In this document: one piece after another, positions 59,667 to 64,000 of the stretch
How positions within the stretch are numbered: the first letter of the stretch is position 1
How the letters are laid out: each line of letters starts with the position of its first letter
Assembly: GCA_037481835.1 (NCBI GenBank)
Contig: JBBFKW010000017.1
Span: forward strand, 52,459 to 116,458
Length of the DNA: 64,000 nucleotides
DNA from: Desulfosoma sp.
Lineage (GTDB): Bacteria > Desulfobacterota > Syntrophobacteria > Syntrophobacterales > DSM-9756
Reading direction: 5' to 3'
The notes under the pieces: generated by a model
What the model was told of the DNA's origin: nothing
Databases searched by the model: none
Seen by the model: only the letters and a program-made list of their open reading frames with translations
Program-made: the position numbers and the translations under genes

Positions 59667-59988
59667 TTTTCTTCACTCCGGATGTCCGACATAGCCGCAT
59701 GGAGGGGGTCTTGGCCGCCGGGCGCTTAGATTCGCCGAGCTTCCTTTCCGCTTCGCGAACAGCCCGCCTGAGATCGCGTTCCCACTGGGATCCATTGTGT
59801 GCGGAAGATCTCTCGATGACGAAGGAACTTAACGGGGGATCTTTTTTCGAGCAGTCCCTGCTCTCGAAGAACACCACTCAGTAATGGGTCCCGCGACCCA
59901 CGACCACGGAATAGAGTCCCATGTCCCGGATTTCAGGGCACAGTTCGATCATCCTCAGCACAAGGCTTTCTTTGGACAGCGTCTCCAT
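59617..59988 (-). CDS. Small ORF with in-frame TGA at codon 37: candidate selenoprotein or nonsense pseudogene
   Basis: ATG at 59988 after GAAGGGG. METLSKESLVLRMIELCPEIRDMGLYSVVVGRGTHY-TGA-VVFFESRDC... continues in frame. Hairpin at 59846-59868. Confidence 0.55.
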
Positions 59989-60040
59989 GGGACCCCTTCG
60001 TCGGTTGACCTGACAGAGAAAACGCTAAGAACAAGCCCTT

Positions 60041-60691
60041 TCAAACGGAAAGCGCAGCGCACGCCCTAAGGGGCAGGCATTTTTTCTTGATCTGCCGCCG
60101 CGCTTCAAAGAGAGCGATTCCCACCGCCGTGGAAAGGTTCAGACTCCGCACGTGGTCGCTTTCCATGGAAATCCGAAGGACCCTGTCCGGATGAGCCTGG
60201 AGCAGCTCGTCGGGAAGGCCCCGGGTTTCCGAGCCGAACACGAGGCAGTCGCCGGGTTGGAAAGCAAAATCCCAGTAATCGACGGATCCTTTCTTGGAAA
60301 AGAAAACGAGTCTTCGATGCTGCATGGCGACAAGAAAATGGGGCAGGCTACGATGGACCGCAACGTGCACGTAAGGCCAATAATCCAAGCCGGCTCTCTT
60401 GAGATACCGGTCTGAAAGGCGAAAGCCCAAGGGCTCCACAAGATGGAGCGGGGTGTGCACGGCGGCGCAGGTGCGCGCCACGTTGCCCGTGTTGGGAGGG
60501 ATTTCCGGCTCCACCAAGGCCACGTGAAGCAACGCGTCGTCGGTGCGGCCCGAGGCGCGGCCGCCACCCCCTGCGGTGTCGTCCCGTATGGGGCGGGGCG
60601 TATCCGTTCTCAGACGCACCGGGGTCGTCTCCCGCCCATGTCCGTCATGCCCGTCGAGGTTCCCCATGCCCGGCGCATTCCCTGGACCCAC
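60041..60691 (-). CDS. trmL: tRNA (cytidine/uridine-34 2'-O)-methyltransferase
   Basis: LVEPEIPPNTGNVARTC, KRAGLDYW, FGSETRGLP, RSLNLS. Start uncertain; the conserved domain begins near 60532. Confidence 0.93.
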   Translation of the reverse strand: MGPGNAPGMGNLDGHDGHGRETTPVRLRTDTPRPIRDDTAGGGGRASGRTDDALLHVALVEPEIPPNTGNVARTCAAVHTPLHLVEPLGFRLSDRYLKRAGLDYWPYVHVAVHRSLPHFLVAMQHRRLVFFSKKGSVDYWDFAFQPGDCLVFGSETRGLPDELLQAHPDRVLRISMESDHVRSLNLSTAVGIALFEARRQIKKKCLPLRACAALSV

Positions 60692-60744
60692 GGCCGATCT
60701 CCATCACGTGCGACGGTTCCCGGCGCACTCACGGGATCCCAAAG

Positions 60745-61134
60745 CTACAGTCGATCACCTCGAACGGCCCGGACGAAATGGTTGGCGTATTTCTGTTCCA
60801 CGAGATAGAGATCCCCGTAGTAGAAATCCGCGTAGACGGACTTGTGATGCCCCGCTTCCGTGCTGCTCCACAGGCACCGTTGGGTTCCGAAGGCCGGGTC
60901 GATGTAAAGCCCCGTCGCTTGATTTTCTTCGGGCATGAGAAGCGTCGCCAGCTCTTCCTGCGTGGGATAGCGCCAATCGTCGTAACCGGCCCAGGCGGCG
61001 GCGTTGAGCCCGTCGATGTAGGCGAAACCTTCCGGCCACATGAGCCTGTCCGGGGACGCTTCCCGCTGCCACATGAGCCCTGTGAGTCGATCCACGACGA
61101 TGATGTCCTTGAGCACGGTGAAACGCGCAGTCAT
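60745..61134 (-). CDS. DUF1566 (Lcl C-terminal) domain protein
   Basis: VDRLTGLMWQ, GYDDWRYPT.EEL, WSST, VRAVR. RBS GAGGAGG. Confidence 0.88.
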   Translation of the reverse strand: MTARFTVLKDIIVVDRLTGLMWQREASPDRLMWPEGFAYIDGLNAAAWAGYDDWRYPTQEELATLLMPEENQATGLYIDPAFGTQRCLWSSTEAGHHKSVYADFYYGDLYLVEQKYANHFVRAVRGDRL

Positions 61135-61359
61135 AGCCCCCTCCTCGGACGCGAAACCGGACGATCGGGTTGCATGAAAGCGGGAAACCTGAGAAAAACT
61201 CTCGACGTGCAGGATTTCGCTCATGGCGCTCCCCATGTTTGTCGTTGCACGGGACCGTTCCAAAATGCATCTTGTATACACCAAAGGTCGGGCGTGCCGC
61301 AAACGCCAACTGAATGTGCAAAGGATGTTCAAGAGTTAGCCTTGGAAGGAGAGACCTTC

Positions 61360-62223
61360 ATGCCCATGCTGCAGACGCCGTCGGTTCACATCTATTACGA
61401 AGTGCACGGCAGAGGCCCGGATCTTCTTTTCGTGAGCGGCCTCGGCGGAGGGACCTGGTCATGGTACGGCCAGGTGCCCTTTTTCAAAGACCGGTACCGC
61501 GCCATCGTCTTCGACAACCGAGGGGCCGGCCACTCATCCATGCCTCCGGGGCCCTATCGCATGGAAGATTTCGCCGCGGACACCCTCGCCCTGCTGGATC
61601 ACCTGGGCGTGGAGCGCTGCTTCATGGTGGGCCTTTCCATGGGCGGCATGATCGCCCAGGAAACGGCCCTTACGGCCCCCCACCGATTCTCAGCCATGGT
61701 TCTGGGCTGCACCCATTGCGGCGGCGCTCGAAAAATCCCGCCATCTGCGGACATCATCGCCCGCTTTACCGACAACGCGGGGCTCAGCCTGGAAGAGATC
61801 GTCACGAAGAACCTTCCCTTCTTTTTCAGCCCCGATGCCTTCGTCCACAAAAGGCAAGCCGTGGAAGAATACAGACGCGTCCAGATCGGTGTGCCCCTTC
61901 AGCCGGAACACGCCTTTTCAGCCCAACTGGCCGCCATCCAATCTTTCGACGCCGCCGATCGTCTGAAGACGCTGTCCGTCCCCACCCTGGTCATCACGGG
62001 AACCGAAGACGTTCTCGTCCCGCCGGCCAACGCTCACGTCCTTGCCGAGCTTTTGCCCGACGCCGCCCTCGTGGAACTGGAGGGAGCGGGCCACGCCATC
62101 CACGCCGAGTGCCGGGATACGCTCAATGAGCTCATTCACGAATTCTGTACCGGCTCCGGCCTCTCCAAGGCGTCCAGGAAGGCCCCGAGGCTCCGCCGGA
62201 TTTCCTGCTCGCGGCCCCAATAG
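61360..62223 (+). CDS. Alpha/beta hydrolase
   Basis: IYYEVHG.G, FDNRGAG.S, GLSMGG nucleophile elbow, GTEDVLVP, GAGH. Confidence 0.93.
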   Translation: MPMLQTPSVHIYYEVHGRGPDLLFVSGLGGGTWSWYGQVPFFKDRYRAIVFDNRGAGHSSMPPGPYRMEDFAADTLALLDHLGVERCFMVGLSMGGMIAQETALTAPHRFSAMVLGCTHCGGARKIPPSADIIARFTDNAGLSLEEIVTKNLPFFFSPDAFVHKRQAVEEYRRVQIGVPLQPEHAFSAQLAAIQSFDAADRLKTLSVPTLVITGTEDVLVPPANAHVLAELLPDAALVELEGAGHAIHAECRDTLNELIHEFCTGSGLSKASRKAPRLRRISCSRPQ

Positions 62224-62789
62224 AAATGGTCGCCCCCCGCGCAGAGGTCGACCCGAACTGGGTCCTGAGAGGCCTTTTGGGCTTGGAGCCAGGTGCGCAC
62301 CCGGGCAGGCTCGGCAAAGGCATCCTCGTCGGCCACCAGAACCCAGGCGGGGCATTGAGGAAGTGAAAGGTCGGAAAAGTCCAAGAAATTCAAGGGAGGC
62401 GATACCAGAGCGAGACTGTGCGGCGTAAAGCCCACACGGCACGCCTTGAGGGCCGCCCACGCCCCGAAAGAATACCCCGCCAGATGGATTCTTTTCACCT
62501 CACGCTCCAGCATGAAGCGCCGAGCGCATAAAATGTCCTCGGCTTCCCCGTCCCCGTCGCCGTAGGCTCCCGTACTTTCGCCAACACCTCGGAAATTAAA
62601 CCGCAGCGTCGTCCAGCCTCGAAGCCGGTACGTTTCTTCCAGGGCCCGGACGACGTTGTTGTCCATGGATCCCCCGTACAAAGGGTGGGGATGACACACG
62701 AGGGCGCCGTCCCCACTCGGGGTGCGGATGAGCACCCCTTCCAGACGATGGGACCCGCAATCCACAAAAACCCGTTCCGCCGTCTCCAT
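62136..62789 (-). CDS. Alpha/beta hydrolase (small HPHPLYGG type)
   Basis: CHPHPLYGGSMDNNVV, RFNFRGVGES.G, AGYSFGA, GDHF. Confidence 0.93.
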   Translation of the reverse strand: METAERVFVDCGSHRLEGVLIRTPSGDGALVCHPHPLYGGSMDNNVVRALEETYRLRGWTTLRFNFRGVGESTGAYGDGDGEAEDILCARRFMLEREVKRIHLAGYSFGAWAALKACRVGFTPHSLALVSPPLNFLDFSDLSLPQCPAWVLVADEDAFAEPARVRTWLQAQKASQDPVRVDLCAGGDHFYWGREQEIRRSLGAFLDALERPEPVQNS

Positions 62790-62985
62790 GGCCGTGCGAT
62801 CTCCTTTGAATCTTCAAACCTAAGGCGCTATAAGAGCCTGGGGCGGCGCTCCCCGGAGGGGCGCCCCTCGCGTCGAGACATCCTGAAAAAGGCACAGCCC
62901 GCGTTTCCCAGTCCGGATCGAGGCCGCGCCCGATCCTCCAGCTGAAAGCCCCCTGCAAACGGCAGAGGGTTACCGAGGACGCTCA

Positions 62986-63939
62986 ATGTTGAAAACCGCT
63001 TTGGTCCTCAGCGGCGGGGCCGCCAGGGGCATCGCCCATCTGGGGATCCTTCGAAACCTGGACGACGGATCCTTTCCCGTGCACATGATTCTCGGCACCA
63101 GCATGGGAGCCGTCATCGGCGCGCTCTACGCCTACCACGGCGCCGCCGCCCCCGTGGAAGAAAAAATCCGCGCCTTTGTCCACAGCGCCGCCTTCCAGGA
63201 AACCCTCTCCCTCGCCGTGGACGAAAAGAGCAGCCTCTCCCCCACCCAATCCCTCTTCGATCGATTCGGGCAGCAGATCCGCAAAAGCTACCTCTACACG
63301 CGGCTCGTCACCCGGCCCAGTCTCGTTCCGGAAGAGGACTACTGGGCTTTGCTGGCCGAAATCATCCCCGATATCCGCATCGAGGACCTCCCGGTGCCGT
63401 TCGGCGCCGTGGCGCTGGACATCCTCACGGGGGAAGAAGTCGTCCTTGTGACGGGCTCCCTTCTCAAGGCTTTGGGCGCCAGTGCGTCCATTCCCGGCAT
63501 GGGGCCTCCGGTGCGCTACAGGGGCCGTCTCCTCGTGGACGGCGGCTGGATCGACAACGTGCCGTGCTCCCCGGCCCGAGAAATGGGCGCCCGCTTCGTC
63601 GTCGCCGTGGACACATCGACGGAGGTGGCCGACATTCAGCCCCTGCCGAGTTGCGCCTTGGAATACGCCCTTCGGAGCAGCGAAGCGTCCCGCATCGCCT
63701 TGAATAAAATCCGGTTGCACGATGCGGACGTCATCGTCCGGCCCAAGGTCTCCCACATCCGTTGGTCCGACTTCCACCTCTTCGACCAGAGCCTTCAGGC
63801 CGGCCACGAGGCGTGGAGATCGGCGGAGCCCGGCATCAAGAAAGCCTACCGGCTTCGTCGGATCAATCCCTTGGCGCGCCTAGGAAGCCGGCGCGCCGTG
63901 CGTCCCGCCCCCACGAGCCTCCCCGCCGTTTTCCTGTGA
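62986..63939 (+). CDS. Patatin-like phospholipase
   Basis: LSGGAARG.AHLG, GTSMG, SASIPG, VDGG. Confidence 0.95.
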   Translation: MLKTALVLSGGAARGIAHLGILRNLDDGSFPVHMILGTSMGAVIGALYAYHGAAAPVEEKIRAFVHSAAFQETLSLAVDEKSSLSPTQSLFDRFGQQIRKSYLYTRLVTRPSLVPEEDYWALLAEIIPDIRIEDLPVPFGAVALDILTGEEVVLVTGSLLKALGASASIPGMGPPVRYRGRLLVDGGWIDNVPCSPAREMGARFVVAVDTSTEVADIQPLPSCALEYALRSSEASRIALNKIRLHDADVIVRPKVSHIRWSDFHLFDQSLQAGHEAWRSAEPGIKKAYRLRRINPLARLGSRRAVRPAPTSLPAVFL

Positions 63940-63953
63940 AAGACCGAAATCGA

Positions 63954-63991
63954 GTAGGGTGAGACCGGATAATGAATCCGATCTCATCCCT
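63954..63991. repeat. GTAG-headed hairpin (REP-like or terminator-like)
   Basis: GTA-GGGTGAGACCGGAT-AATGA-ATCCGATCTCATCC just after the patatin stop. Confidence 0.5.
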
Positions 63992-64000
63992 CTCACAGAA

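Overview
GC-rich bacterial chromosomal window. Gene content suggests a sulfate-reducing or syntrophic Desulfobacterota, possibly Syntrophobacterales (inference only). Layout: manA; a TetR-associated modified beta-oxidation operon (1.5-10.9 kb) led by a catalytically dead HMG-CoA-synthase-like/DUF35 fusion and an SCP2-type thiolase; a repeat-rich spacer and an IS1634 remnant (11-12.8 kb); a 1028-aa radical SAM / ArsM-like methyltransferase / Cys-rich fusion followed by a flavoprotein disulfide reductase (13-17.9 kb); a redox-stress cluster (Crp/Fnr, DUF1638-like, Fe-S flavoprotein, an unannotated 44-aa Cys microprotein, ferredoxin, hemerythrin, FprA); an SPFH/zinc-ribbon pair; two more acyl-CoA catabolic operons around a LiuR-like MerR; then mostly housekeeping genes (radC, mlaC, rlmI, LOG, RNase E/G, a CoA-activase pair, asnB, ilvD, amrS, aroK, ABC transporter, rfaE2, trmL, hydrolases, patatin). 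Best candidates for new biology: (1) the rSAM-ArsM fusion plus reductase, a possible single-polypeptide organoarsenic pathway; (2) a small ORF at 59617-59988 with an in-frame TGA followed by a SECIS-like hairpin; (3) the 44-aa Cys microprotein; (4) the PhlAB-like fusion; (5) an operator shared by two lipid operons. No rRNA, tRNA or CRISPR array was recognised. All calls come from reading the sequence by eye; no database searches were run.
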